Position numbers and translations under genes: made by a program. Under the pieces are notes generated by a model, which was given only the letters and a program-made list of their open reading frames with translations, was not told the origin of the DNA and did not search any database. Positions 41,061 through 53,920 of a DNA stretch of 64,000 bases are shown piece after piece (position 1 is the first letter of the stretch; each line of letters starts with the position of its first letter). The stretch is from Phoronis australis (Eukaryota; Animalia; Phoronida). The stretch spans positions 951,458 through 1,015,457 of the forward strand of contig NMRA01000059.1 in NCBI GenBank assembly GCA_002633005.1, written 5' to 3'.

Positions 41061-43476
41061 TAGAGAGTAGAGTTTTGTTCAGAAAGTATGAACGCAACGG
41101 AATAAAGACCGTGAAAAATGAAAAGTGTCGTGTATTCAACAAATTCTGTATAACAGATAGCTAAAATGGAATATGGATGTAATAATTCACATTGAACATG
41201 GGGGGTTGACGCTAGAAATCATAGTAAAGAACAGCCAGCAACATTAGTTAAATCTGCTAAATCCGGTTTGACTGCGATGCAATAAGCGAAAAACAAAATT
41301 TGACTAGAAGTTTTTTATTACTTCAAGATGATACACAAACATTCAGTGATGTATTGCCAACCTTTGAACTCAGAAATCGAGAGGCAGCAAATCGGCACAC
41401 TGTCCCTTTGGTCGCCACACATCCTTGATAACCTGGCAATAACATTCATCAAAATAGGGAGAATCTGACATCTTTCCGTGAGTTATGGGAATTAATTCTT
41501 AAAAATACGAGAGCTTCCCACCTAAAGAGAATTTGGAGGGATGGCAAAACCATTGTCACATTTCTCTGGCCTGATTATTTCAAATATATGTTTTATCTAG
41601 TGCACTGCAGACGGAAACTCAGCGCGGCAGACCGCGCCGCTGAAAGTGGAGGTATTGACGCCGGCGGGGTTTGCAAACATGGGAAGAAAATAAAATGACA
41701 AAAACGTTCAAGCATTATATTTTGAAGTAAGTCCATGACCCGGGACAATAATTCGTTACTCGTATTGTAATTCACATTGCCAAACCGCCTTCCTGGAGGC
41801 CCAGCGTCGTTGCACTGGTTGTGATCATCATCTGTATCTAAAAGCTGGGAATGCGCGTTTCCTAACACTGGGCACTAAATCTTCAATCTTAAAAAGTCAG
41901 GGATGGGCGCGAGAGGTGGGCGCTTATCTGGAAATCTTCAAAAATCGCAGAGGGGCAGTTAAATGAGCAGCGGGCGGTTAAATCGAAAATCCACCTGAAG
42001 TAGGGGGTGGGCGGTTAACTGAGCATGGGCGTTAACCCGAAGGTTTACGGTAGTACTTGAAAATAAACTTTGTTTATGGACACGTGGACACAGAATTGTT
42101 GTTCAAAATCTAGAGATCTGTTAGGTTTCATAAGTTGGACATTGTCTTCAGTGTGTTTGGATTTATCTTTGATTGAAGAGTTGATTGAACAATAATTTTA
42201 TTTTATTTTCACAAACTGTTGTTTTCAACGTTTTTTTGACTGACATTTTTTACTGACACTGTATTCTTTTGCTATGCATCTGCCAGTAATTGAAAGGTAA
42301 GCAAGTATGGGGAACCATGACAATCTTTTGGGATAAAGAAGCTACCTAACAGTTTCTCTGTCTCGGTGTTGTGTTTTTGACAGTTTATAACTCATGCAGA
42401 GTCATTGAAGCGGTCAACAGTTGCCGGTTGCCGTTCACTTAAAGCAGGCATAAACAACTCAAATAAAAATGAATGACAAAAGTGGCTGGTTGAGGATAGA
42501 CCCCAAAGGTCCACAGGCAAACCTCTGGACTAAGGCATGAAATCGCAAGTTGGTGCGCCTGTTGTTCTTTAAAATTAGATGATCATTCGTCAAATGTTAT
42601 CCACTGACATTTCCTCATATCTACTTTGTACCTCCTAATATTGTTACCCATGCAACAATGCAATCAGACATTCCGAAATCAATGTTATCCTGTGTTCTAT
42701 TTCTTTTTCTAGCTGTCACTGACCTTTCTCATTCATTTTTTCTGTATAAAAAGCAATGCATGCTTTTTAGTGGCCGCTTCATACTAACGTTGATGCGTTG
42801 ATGTATTGGGGAGTACGAACTGTTAACTTTGGTGCTAGAAGAGAATTTTAGAGCAATTTTCAGAAATAGCTGTTTTTTGATTTTCCAAAGGTAAAGTTTT
42901 AATTATCATTCAAAACACTATTGAAATATAAAAGGAAAAGTACTTGAAATCCCATTGATTGAAAGTAGATGTAACAACACAAAACACATAACGGGCCTTT
43001 AGGCCTTAATGAGAAAAGAACTGAGTCAGAATGGAATTGCGGTTGATGTTAGCAAAGAAAAACAACTAAAGGAAAAGAATTGAGTTAACGAGAAAATAAG
43101 GCTGTTAATGAGAACCGCCGTGCAGACAGTGACGGAGGGGAAGATTGGCAGCGTTTGACTTAATGACGGCAGTTTAGTCACTTACATGATTTTAATTTGG
43201 TGCTAAACATAGAATGTTAGTGGGAGATGAGTAATATGACAATTATTGTTTACAAGGTTGACATCTGAAATCTCACCAGTTTCAGACAATAAAAAATAAT
43301 TACCAAAATTGACCTTTTTCATTTTCAATGCCTTGTAATGTTGTGAATACATAAGTTTTTTCAAAATGCGGTGCAGAGTTTGAACATGGAAAACCATCAG
43401 TTTTGTGAAAAAACTGAGAAATAGTCACTTGTCTGTCATAGTCTGTCCTAACTTAGTGATATTTTGCTGTTGGACT

Positions 43477-43545
43477 TTTTGTAGCTTACGCTTTGTTATT
43501 TTGTAGCTTATGCTTTGTTATTTTGTAGCTTATGCTTTGTTATTT
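43477..43545. repeat. 22-bp tandem repeat x3
   Basis: Unit ttttgtagcttatgctttgtta. Confidence 0.9.
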
Positions 43546-44221
43546 AAGAAGAAAATGAGCATTTTGACTTTGGAAGAGGAGAGACTAAATACCATTATGC
43601 TTTTATTCTTTGTGTTTGCTGTCGTATCTGCCAAGTCCCTTAATATTCTTTAAAAAGCTAAGCTAAGCATTATTGTCATGTTGTGGGCCCTCTAGTGGCA
43701 ATTCATGTTGTTTTTGGTTCCCTTCTGTGTCTTGCTCCTGTATTGGCCAAACAATGTGAAACCTGGCCATGAATTCAGGGATAGTCAAGAGCATGGCATA
43801 GATTGTAATTTTTGGATGAATACTTTTGCTATGCCACAGCAAGGTATTTGTATTTACCAAGTTCTTTAGAGGATTGTGATAGAATTTTGATAGTTGTCTT
43901 TGTGAAATAAGATCTCAGCTTACTTTGATCTGACTTAAGTGTGCCCACTTGTTGCAATTTTAAAACAATGAGCACTGTTACGTCTTTGCCATTTGCAATG
44001 CACACAGTGAGCGTGTATCAACTCATCACTCTTACTTGTTTTATCATGCTATGGTGTATGATAGCAAATGACCTGAACATCATTTTTTATGTGCATAATG
44101 CAATAAGTTTTCCTTCAACACAAAAGAATGTTGTGTGAGAGGCCTAGAATCTGCTTTATCAGACATCAATCTTATTCACATGAGCATGGATTCATAACAT
44201 TGTAACATAAAAACATGTGAC

Positions 44222-44314
44222 ATACTTGATATTGGCTGAAAGCCTTTCTTTCACACAGCAAATTTAAATACTTGATAATGGCTGAAAGCCTTTCTTTCAC
44301 ACAGCAAATTTAAA
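44222..44314. repeat. 46-bp tandem duplication
   Basis: atacttgata.tggctgaaagcctttctttcacacagcaaatttaa occurs twice. Confidence 0.9.
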
Positions 44315-46029
44315 ACATTTTTTAAAACTAAGCTAAATTCGCTACTTAATGCATATAAGATTTAATACGTTTTACAGTTAGCTTAAAACGTAACTTTGTT
44401 TTCACATGAAGAATTCTAAGCCTTTTAAAATGCTTGTGTGGATCCACCTGATAGGATAAAACAACTTTGGCAGCTCGTCAAGTCAAAACTATTGTGTATG
44501 AGCTCCATAACAGACGTGCAACCAAGAAGAAGGGAATTCTAATGTATAATTAATACAGAAGAAGGTTAGCCAATGGGAGACCTGCTCATTGTCGCTCTAT
44601 TCAATCACTTTACACATAGTTATGAGCGTGGAATGTGCACATACAATCTCACTTCAAACATTTGCCTTGTGTGGAAACATTACTGCTTTGTAATTTAACT
44701 CTTCTGGTTCGGTGAAGCAGCTTCGTTAATTGCGTGCGTTATGCAAATGAGATCACCAAGTCTCTGAATGTGTCTCGTAATTGCACGTCGACGAATCGTA
44801 CTGCATTACTGGTCTCTGAGTTTCCTCGAGGATCAGCCAATCATAACTAGACAGTACCCAACAAAAGGAATTGGACAAAATTCTGTTTCCTGCCTTGATG
44901 TTTTTTAGCTGCTCTGATTGGTGAAGTATACATGGGTGACGCAATCTGTCCAACAAGTGCAGCGGCTGCCGCCGCAATATTCTCGATAAAGTTTGTCAAA
45001 GAATGTATTTCAAGGCATCTAGAATGTACAAAATCAAACTTTCATTTCAGAAAATTTTCTGAGCCCCTTACTTCCTCCTGCACACTCCCCATTGCTGCCT
45101 TTGTTGGCCATTGACTTTGGTTGCACTCAGTCGTCGTGACATGACGGGGAATTTCAGGTCATTTTTATGCACCCATATAGCTGTGCAGTTATACCGTCGT
45201 CTATGTCCGACGTCCATCTAGTGTCCATCTGGCAATTCCCCTAGTTTTCAAACAAATACCACGGGTGCCATTTACTTTGTTAGCATGTATTATCTCGCTG
45301 ATATCTTGTCAGTTATCTCCACAAGTAACCACTTGCGATATTTTTAGACAAAAAAGTAAGGCATTTTGTAACACAGGACATCAAAATCAATGCCAAGTGA
45401 CTATTTCTGCTTTTGATAACTCTGCTTCATTTGTTCTGCTTCCCTTACTGGTAAATTTTTTGAGAGGACTCTTGATATGTCGTGGATTTTCTGGACATGT
45501 CTGACAGCTTGAAACGTGTTGTAACTTGTGTCAATTAAAGGCACATTGTCGGTTTTATGTCAGAAAAATGCGTTTTTGGGATATTGTTGGACGGGATTGA
45601 CTTCTTAAATTATTCGGTTGGACCAGAGCTATAAAACATCAAAGTCTGTTGTGTTTTTTTATTTTATTACAAATCGCTAATTCTTGTCGTCTGTCCGACA
45701 TTCGCCGAAGTCAAGACTAGTGTCTCGTCATACAAAAACTTTTAGCATGCTCGGGGTCAGTGGTTACTGTGGAGCTCAGTGAGTTTGATTCCATACTGCT
45801 ACTAACAGAGTTACTTTTCTCAACATTACAATGTCTTTTTTGACACCAACCTTAGTTGATACCTACTGCTTGATTGATGTTCGTGGAATTCACCTCACAT
45901 GTTTTCATTAATTTGATGATTCCCTTGCCAATTTTGGATGAATTGCTTTGCGCCCTCTGTAGGATATTTTAAGGAGAATGCCACCCAATTTAATTAGTCT
46001 TTTTTACCATCTTAATCGGTCCATATCCA

Positions 46030-46206
46030 GTGAATATATAGACGCTGAGGTTGGCCAGTAATGAAATATATCAAATAAACGCAGAAAAATCAGGAACCCC
46101 AACTGGGAATCGAACCAAAGGTCTCTAGATTGCCGGTCTAGTGCTCTCACCACTGAGCTACTGAGGACCCGATATCTGTACAATTACTGTTTACAGCCAA
46201 CTGACT
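46030..46206 (-). mobile_element. tRNA-derived (SINE-like) insertion in Kolobok copy C
   Basis: Absent from copies A and B; flanked by the 12-bp direct repeats ggtccatatcca (46018-46029) and ggtctatatcca (46207-46218). Confidence 0.75.
46096..46167 (-). pseudogene. tRNA-like cloverleaf (anticodon-position GGC, Ala-like); probably not a functional tRNA
   Basis: tcctcag-ta-gctc(agtggtga)gagc-a-ctaga(ccggcaa)tctag-agacc-tttgg(ttcgatt)cccag-ttggggt. A and B boxes are present, but position 33 is C and the acceptor and T stems are imperfect. Confidence 0.7.
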
Positions 46207-46470
46207 GGTCTATATCCACATCACCTCATATACAGTCGATCTTACCTCGCCACAGGTGCCCCGTTAACCTGCGAGGAAGGTGAAAAACAACGTAGCGACG
46301 TCAGTGGTTCTTCTGCAGAGTGAGCAGAATGAATGCCGCTATGGTGTGTGGTATATCATTCCTGCTTGTCCGAACTATGAAGCTGCGAGGAAAGCGGGTA
46401 TATCGTTTTTTCGATTTCCTCGAAAGCCCATAATGCTTTGGGAGTGGCTTGCGGTAGTGAAGAATGAACA

Positions 46471-46566
46471 CGGTGTTCATGGACTGGGCGCTTATTTTAG
46501 CAAAGTCTGAAAACGTTTAGGGGGGGCGCTTATAGGGGCATGGGCACTTATTAGGGCGAATACGGA
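46471..46566. mobile_element. Terminal fragment of a Tc1/mariner-type MITE inside copy C
   Basis: Repeated gggcgctta motifs ending in attagggcgaatacgg, a CCGTA-type end as in the 39045 family; it sits at the THAP deletion breakpoint. Confidence 0.55.
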
Positions 46567-46689
46567 ACAGTTAATTCAAGGCACGAGAACATAACATTTT
46601 ATATAATCTGTTTGATGACTGACTCGTTCGTCAGGCTTCTGCTTGGTCCTCTGGGTGTAGGATGTTTTCACCAATTCTTTTTCCCAGCC

Positions 46690-46985
46690 CTAAAAAAACG
46701 TCGTAAGCAGGCCTGTGTTCAGATCCGGTGCAAAATCAGGATGGTTCATGAGATACATCTGCGCTTCTCCACGAAGGCGTTTCACTTGCGGAATTTCGTA
46801 GCAGCAAACGCAAGCGTGAGTCATTTCCATTATCGTGCAGTTAGCGCACTGACACCATGACAAGTCATGCGAACAGTTTTCGAAATTATCCATGTATTCC
46901 GGTGTCTGTGCACGTTCACGGCGCCTGTTTAGCATTTCTGGAACAGTGTATTAGGGTTCAAACTGATAGCCTGTGAAACCAAACG
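46690..46985 (-). pseudogene. KolX-like (P2X7 C-terminal-like Cys-rich) gene remnant of Kolobok
   Basis: GYQFEP*...LSWCQCANCTIMEMTHACVCCYEIPQV...HPDF: YxFEP plus WCxCxxC...CxCCxE; convergent with the THAP ORF. Confidence 0.75.
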
Positions 46986-49900
46986 AATGACCTGTGAAGT
47001 CTTCTTCGGATTAGCACTCGTCTAATTCATAATTGCGAGTGGCCACGTTGACATTTATTATTGTGCGTTCTGTTTCAAAATAACCAATACTTATATAAAA
47101 CTGAAACAAAGTCTGTCACATTAAATACAATTTGTAATGCCTTTGGAGTGTTCGTGAGTACAAATGTTTTGAGAAGCCAGCAATGAATAAACCACTGCGT
47201 TACCAGCGCCAGATGCAATAAACTAATTGACCGGACACGAGGCCGTGTGAGCGCGTGCTAATTCAGTGTTTACTGACAGAAAGCTGTTGTGAAACAATAG
47301 CACGATATTATTTCCTGTGGGCAGATGTTGGGGGAATCTTTATTTAGATATTCATATACATTATTCCAATCATTGTTACTGTACAACTTTTGCCCTGATG
47401 GTTCTGTGGAAGGGGAACTTGACTTCGTGGTCCCCGACAAGCTAGTAAGTAGATTTGCAGTTTCGCGACTAATTCACCAAAATAATCACATGCACATTAT
47501 TTCTTTGGCTGACACTAGTGTAGTCTTTTTGTGACTGGAAGTTTAGTTTCAAACTTTGGCTGGTTAATGTTCGTGATGTCTTCATTCTGACCATGACGGG
47601 CCTGATTGGGGTCCGAGCCACTGGACGGGATAACAAGCGTTTTGTGTGGTTAGAACTAAAAAATTGCAAGTCCAAAATTAAAACATATAGCTATGTTCTT
47701 CTGTCTGTATTTCACGGACGAATAATTTGAATTTATCAACGAACAGACCCCAAACTCTCACGACTGATCTTAATAAATTGGCTTACCGAACTTTGTAGGC
47801 TACAGTACGTTCAAATACCTATGAATCCGTTACAGCAAATACACAAGTTTGTTTAAGAACTGGATGTATTTGTAAAGGTTTTACATCAAAGTTTGATGAC
47901 TTATTGGTGTAAAACTGACAAATTCAAGTGGTAAGCTGACACCAGTAAGTGTGTTGTGAATGACTGAACAGAATGTGTTGGAACCTCTGATGTCACTGGT
48001 TAATTTCAACACCTCCGTCTGCCATCAGGTGTCGGGTAAAAGAACTGTACTTGTGTTATTGAGTGGAACTACTTGATCTAAATTGAAACAAAATAGGTTG
48101 TTTTTTGAGTGGCATTCTCCTTAAAGTTTACTAGTAGTACTGTTCCCTTTAGTGGAAATGTAATAATGATTATACTACACATGTTCTGTATGGGGTGTAC
48201 ACTGTGGGTGGTGGTCAATGTTCTGCCCTGCTATTTTTTAAAATATAGTTGGCATGTACTGTGCAACCTTGAGCATTAAATACAGGATTTGTATTGGATA
48301 CTTTGAAGCATTAGATACACTGTTAATTAAATCATGTTTCAAGGAGGTTTGGGCTACTGCATCTAATTTCTTTTAGTTTGGTGTTTCCCTAGAGCTAGCC
48401 TGTCATGTCTTATTTTAAGATTTATTTGTCGCTATTCCTAGTGGAGGTGACTTGGCAACTATTGGTGTACTGTTCCAAGTGCTGTGTCAGATCACATGTT
48501 CTGCTTGCTTATAAAAATTCCACATCTTGGTGTGATATTTGGTAGCCAACCAACACCTGCCCTGTGGTGCAGGGTTTGTGGTCCTTCCTAGTCAAGGGTG
48601 TCTTGCCAAGCCATAATTATGACAATCGCTGTGAGTTGCCCAAAACTTTTGAATGAAAATTAAAAACTAAAAAGCCCAACTAATTCAGTTGATTAACTTT
48701 GACTGTTTTTGATTTTCTTTAGTCTTTTACACTTGTAATTTTGGGATTTACTTGGCCACATGTTAAAACTGTCCTTTGTTAGCCATGTTGTCTTACGCAA
48801 ATGCCACAACTTATTTTGGTCACCTGACCTTCATACTTCGTATATTGATGACAAACCACTAAAAGGTGAGATGATGGTTGTTTCGTTAGTGTATTTTTTA
48901 CTAATCTAATGCTGTATTCACGTGTAACTGTACTATTTATTATATGTTATTTTATCAATCAAAAAGTACTTTGGTTGAGCATTTTTTCGCGGACCACAGA
49001 CGATATACTGTGGTATAGCTTTTGGGGCACCTGTCTAGTCAGTGCACATGTGAGGATGTGGTGATTATTCTTGGATATCACATGTTGAGGTAAACTAGTT
49101 GATGTATGGGCAATACGATGCTGTTTCAATAACGTCTGAACAAAAATTCACATTGCACAACTTGTGAATTTTCCTCACTTTTCCAGATAGTACAATTTGG
49201 GACTATTACTCAAGCTTTACATTGGTGCAACTGTAGGTGGCACTAGTGGAGGTAGGCGATTTCCCATCGGTTAATTTCGCTATAATTGAAGCTTCAATGT
49301 TAACTGTGGTTTATCCTGAAGTTGAGAGTGAGTGTTCACATCAAGTTATAGTTTAGCGAAGTTATCCCAAGGCGGCGTCAGTGTGACTTTAGCTAGTACT
49401 GAATGAACTATATATAATTAATTTATCTCACTGGGCTTGTATATGTTTGTAAGCATTGCTGTTTTTGTCCTTGCCATCAAAAAATGGCGAGGACTTGCCC
49501 CTCCCCCACACAGACAAGAGGACATTAAGTTCAGAAGGTAACCAATGGTTGCCACATTGAGATGGAGAAGATTGACGACATTTTAACAAAAAGTTGGAGT
49601 CTTGTGGCTTGTAGCAGATACCTGTAAAGGTGGTATGACATTTGGCAGGAACTCGTTTTGCGTACACAAAACATTCACTGATTTTTTTAAGGAAAGTTCC
49701 ACCAGCAACATGGAGACATATTGAAACTGCCAAAATAACTAATATTGGAACAAAATATTAGCAAATATAAACCAGTTACCGCCCGCTATTGGTGAAGGCA
49801 GTGACACCCGCCGATAACTATGATGTGTACTCATTATACCGAAGCCTCGATGCTTTGCTGTAAAATCCACCTCTTAACTTCAGTGTTAATACTAGTGTTG

Positions 49901-50607
49901 TTAACTTTAATAGCACTGTTAACTTCAATAAAAGCCGAACTGGTAAGTGTGGGAAAGGCCTTAATGAAAAAGTTTTAAATATCAGGCATGAGTTGGCCCA
50001 GACTTTTTTCTCCTGGTTCACATGCAGGTAGTATAAATTATCACTTTTGCCTTAGCTTCAATATTGCAGGTGTCCTCTCTGGGTGCTCATTTGATCATGG
50101 AAGCCACCCTAAGGCTATTCGAAATAAGGAAACAATCAGTGATGTCAGTCACCTGAAGCCAACATTCTTATGGCTATGTAGCCAATAACTGAGGCCTCAT
50201 TTTCCCTTTGGCCCCCTTCCCCTGCAGCCGGCAGTATGGCACCAAGAAAACAACATGTGGTCGGCTTGAGTAATATCACATGGTCACGCTCATTGGTTCG
50301 TACTGTTTACCTTAGCCTTTCCAGCTGGGCTGCGTTTCATAGATGCAAAAAGTTTGCTGAAATGCAAGTTTGTTCAAGTGAAACACATGATCGCACTTAG
50401 CTCTTCTTGTGTCTCATGTCTGTGGAATGTTTTATGACTTTTAACTAGTGCTCTCCATAAGAAGATTATAACCAATACACATGGACTTCAACCACCTCCT
50501 GTTGTTAACTTTCCCAATATGTTTGAGCCCTGGAAAGTCATAAATTAGTTACTCAACAGCAATGCGATGAATGGTGAATGCTGCCAATTTAATGTCTGCA
50601 GAAAAAA

Positions 50608-50709
50608 CATATAGGGAAGAGTTAGTGTGAGCGTGAAAACTTCATATAGGGAAGAGTTAGTGTGAGTGTGAAAACTTCATATAGGGAAGAGTTAGTGTGA
50701 GTGTGAAAA
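50608..50709. repeat. 35-bp tandem repeat x3
   Basis: Unit catatagggaagagttagtgtgagtgtgaaaactt. Confidence 0.9.
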
Positions 50710-52289
50710 GCTGATATACAGTGAGCAGCATCAGGTGGCAACTTGGTCCAGTTTTCACATGGCCGTTTGATTTTGAGAGAACTTCTTTTCCTTTTACTTT
50801 GAAAGGTGGTCTGTATTGCCGAGCTTTTAAGCGCATAGGCCTATATCCGACATAAGGACTTTTTGCAGCCTTTTTTACCTAACTGGTTTGCATATTGATA
50901 CATGTATTTACCTCACATACTATTGCAGGTAATGTCCCTTGTATTAAAAGTTGATACATGAATTTGCACCAGGTGCACCCATTTTGATTACTGCTGTACC
51001 TCTTTAATAACATTTTTTACGTTTAACACTGTATCTTTGGAGTGCCTTGGTGTATTTTCAAGAAATTTGGTTAATAGTTCTGTAGTACTGGTTACGGCCT
51101 TTTTTAATCAAGTTGTTTGTATATTGGCACATGCGCCTAAGTTTTGCATATAAGCGCAGTTCCACACAGACCCTCATGAGCCTAATGACGCGGCAATACG
51201 TTAAGTCTTTGCAGTTGTTTAAATGGATACAAACCTGTGTTCTGTCACAAAAGTGAACTTTTGATTTAGACCACTCGGCTTGTCCCTTACTGACAGATCT
51301 GAAGAAATTTTTGGATTTGAAAAGAACTGGCAGTTCAGTTCTCCTTGACACCATGCTCGGCACATAAAATGATGTGCCTTGACAAGCCCATTTGCCATGA
51401 CGCAACTCCTACGCTAACCTTTGGGAGTTTTTACCCCAATGCCTTAGGGAGCTCAAACCAGACTGTGACTAATCCGGTTCACAAATTGACTGATGAAGAA
51501 AACCTATTCACTAATTTCTCTTATAATGCATTGATTTTAAAAAGTTGAAGATGTCGAATATTTATATTTCAATTTTAAACACGGTCATGTTGGTCATTTG
51601 TTTTACTTATTGTTCATTTTTTGTCTCTGAAACTTGTATGTTAAACAGGCATTTTGGTTCCACAACTATCTCATCCAATACACGTTCGACCAAGCTCATG
51701 AATAGAGACTGGCTTGCTGTATTCTGTAACCTGGCCATCAAGTCATTGATGTGCCAAGGAATTCGTTGGATACTCTGAGGAAAATAGCGCATGCTTTCTG
51801 ATCCACTTGCATACAGATACTGTTATTGTAAGTGTTGCCTAATGCAGAACCTGGTCTTGATCAATAACGGACTTTCCAAGCCCTGGATTCACCTTCAAGA
51901 TTACTAAAGAACAATTGAAAATTTTATAATGTTAACTAGTCTAAATAAAAAAATCTGAAGGAAGACGGGTTGATATGAGCCAGCTCTATAAATGTCCTTG
52001 TTCTTGCAGGGGTCATTCTGCTCTTGGTATTGAGGTCACCCACACACTGTAAAATGTCACGCTAAGCTTTAAAATGTTTGTAGGTCTTTAAGTCCATATG
52101 CAATAGTAGTTGAAAGATGGTAACTTCTGCTGCTGGTTTATGGTTTTCAATAGTATTTGTTTGTATTTACTCAATAGATATGACCAGGTTTCCTCATTTT
52201 TTGAAAAATTTGAAGTTGCACTTCTTTTTTATATACTTCTTCAACTATAAATCAATACACGTGACCATCAGTGATATCAAAGGGGCAAA

Positions 52290-52381
52290 ATCAATTGGTG
52301 TTGTGACAATATCATTTGGTGTTGTGACAATATCATTTGGTGTTGTGACAATATCAATTGGTGTTGTGACAATATCAATTG
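52290..52381. repeat. 21-bp tandem repeat x ~4
   Basis: Unit atcatttggtgttgtgacaat. Confidence 0.9.
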
Positions 52382-52593
52382 AATGATATGTGGGTCAGAA
52401 AATATTCATTATTTGGCATTATCTGACCATCATATCTCAGAAATGGCTGATTATTCATGTGTAACTGAATGATACTATGCCTATGCACTGTTCTACAAAA
52501 CCCTTCAGAAATTAAAGTGCTGTTCACCCACAGACGTGCCCTAGAACAAGTTACTCCTGAAACGGGTTGTGGCTAGGTTTTAATGCTGTGTGT

Positions 52594-52639
52594 CATCATC
52601 ATCGGGTGTCATCTCTTTTGAGGTCGATGTGAAATGTAC

Positions 52640-52722
<83 letters not shown>

Positions 52723-53257
52723 TCTCTCTGCTGTTTGTCAGTCTGGTGCATTCTGTCATCATTGATCTTGTCCATGTCTTTATGTCATCCCTCCACATTA
52801 ATCGTTGTCCTCTTGCTCTTTTCCCTTCCACGTGACCGTATAGTCTTTCTGTATGTTGTCGTGTCTTGCCGTGTGCCCAAAAAAGTTCAATTTACAACTT
52901 TGGATGGTGGACAAAAGTGATGGTTTGACACCTAGTTGTTTGCACACGTCTTCATTTGTCATTTTCTGCGTCCAGCTTATTCTTCCGATCCTTCTGAATA
53001 TCCACATTTCAAACGCTTCAATCTTTCTTTCCAATGTTTTATTGAGAGTCCATGTCTCACATCCGTACATAAGGATCAAATAAAAATGTAGCAAGTTGTG
53101 AGTCGCAATCTGAGGGTGATTGATATGTTTCTTGTTGTTAATATCGTTTTCATTTTTATAAATCCTGATTTGGCCATTCCAATCCCTGTTTCACATGTTC
53201 CATCTGTTGTTATAGTTTGTCCAAGGTATTTGAATCTATTTACTTGTTCTATTTGTG
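52594..53257 (-). mobile_element. 5'-truncated RTE (BovB-like) LINE
   Basis: FKYLG...IGMAK...LMYGCETWTL...EAFEMWIFRRIGRISW...FFGH...EGKRARG...W; (GAT)n tail; 12-bp TSD aatgctgtgtgt (52582-52593, 53258-53269). Confidence 0.92.
52645..52718. repeat. (TC)37 microsatellite within the RTE
   Basis: Directly visible. Confidence 0.95.
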
Positions 53258-53342
53258 AATGCTGTGTGTACATTATTTAAACTAGTGCAAGTTACCTCAC
53301 TTGTGACAACTTTAATGTACTGTCCACACACGACCTACCCTA

Positions 53343-53416
53343 GAACAAGTTGCTACTGAAACAAGTTGCTACTGGAACAAGTTGCTACTGGAACAAGTTG
53401 CTACTGGAACAAGTTG
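53343..53416. repeat. 16-bp tandem repeat (gaacaagttgctactg) x ~4.5
   Basis: Directly visible. Confidence 0.9.
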
Positions 53417-53722
53417 GTGCTAGGTTTGAGTGCTGTAAAGATGCTATTTAACTAGCACAACTTACCCCACTTGTGACAACTTACTTCCCATTATCAACAG
53501 GGGATAACTTGTTCTAAGGTAGCTCGTGCCACTTGTGGCCACAAAAGTAGGACAGAAGTAATTATCAACTGCGGTTGTGTACAGACGGGTCTTCTTTTGC
53601 ACGTCGTACTCACATTAGGTGTTCATTGTCACGCAAAGAGCGACAACTTCCACCTTTTCCTAGTTGTCAGATATGTGTGTGTGTGGATGGTCCACTTGAA
53701 AGTGGGGCTGGTAAGTTGCAGT

Positions 53723-53920
53723 AGTGCGCATTGTTTTAGGGTAGGCTGTGTGTGGACAGGACAGTGCACATTGTGCAGGGTAGGCTGTGTGTGGACAGGA
53801 CAGTGCACATTGTGCAGGGTAGGCTGTGTGTGGACAAGACAATGCACATTGTTCTAGGGTAGGCTGTGTGTGCACAGGACAGTGCACATTGTTCTAGGGT
53901 AGGCTGTGTGTGGACAAGAC
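53723..53920. repeat. 39-bp tandem repeat x5
   Basis: Unit agtgcacattgttctagggtaggctgtgtgtggacaggac (minor variants). Confidence 0.9.

Larger units (their letters stand above)
39045..42050. mobile_element. Non-autonomous Tc1/mariner-pogo-like element (TA target, CCGTA termini)
   Basis: ta|ccgtaaacgttcgggttaatgccc ... gggcgttaacccgaaggtttacgg|ta; multiple subterminal gggcggttaa motifs; CpG-rich interior; no transposase recognised. Confidence 0.8.
45973..48120 (+). mobile_element. Kolobok-type transposon copy C
   Basis: ttaa|ggagaatgccac ... gtggcattctcc|ttaa; THAP start on + (PACPNYEAARKAGISFFRFPRKPIMLWEWL) and KolX on -. Confidence 0.88.

Noticed and set aside
46096-46167. Functional tRNA-Ala(GGC) gene
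   Set aside because: C33, mismatched stems, an anticodon unusual for eukaryotes, and location inside a TSD-flanked insertion.
46690-46935. Host P2X7 receptor exon
   Set aside because: Lies within Kolobok TIRs, has an upstream in-frame stop and no channel domain; better explained as KolX.
53723-53920. CRISPR-like periodicity (also 50608, 61119, 61295)
   Set aside because: Head-to-tail repeats without unique spacers; eukaryotic context; no cas genes.
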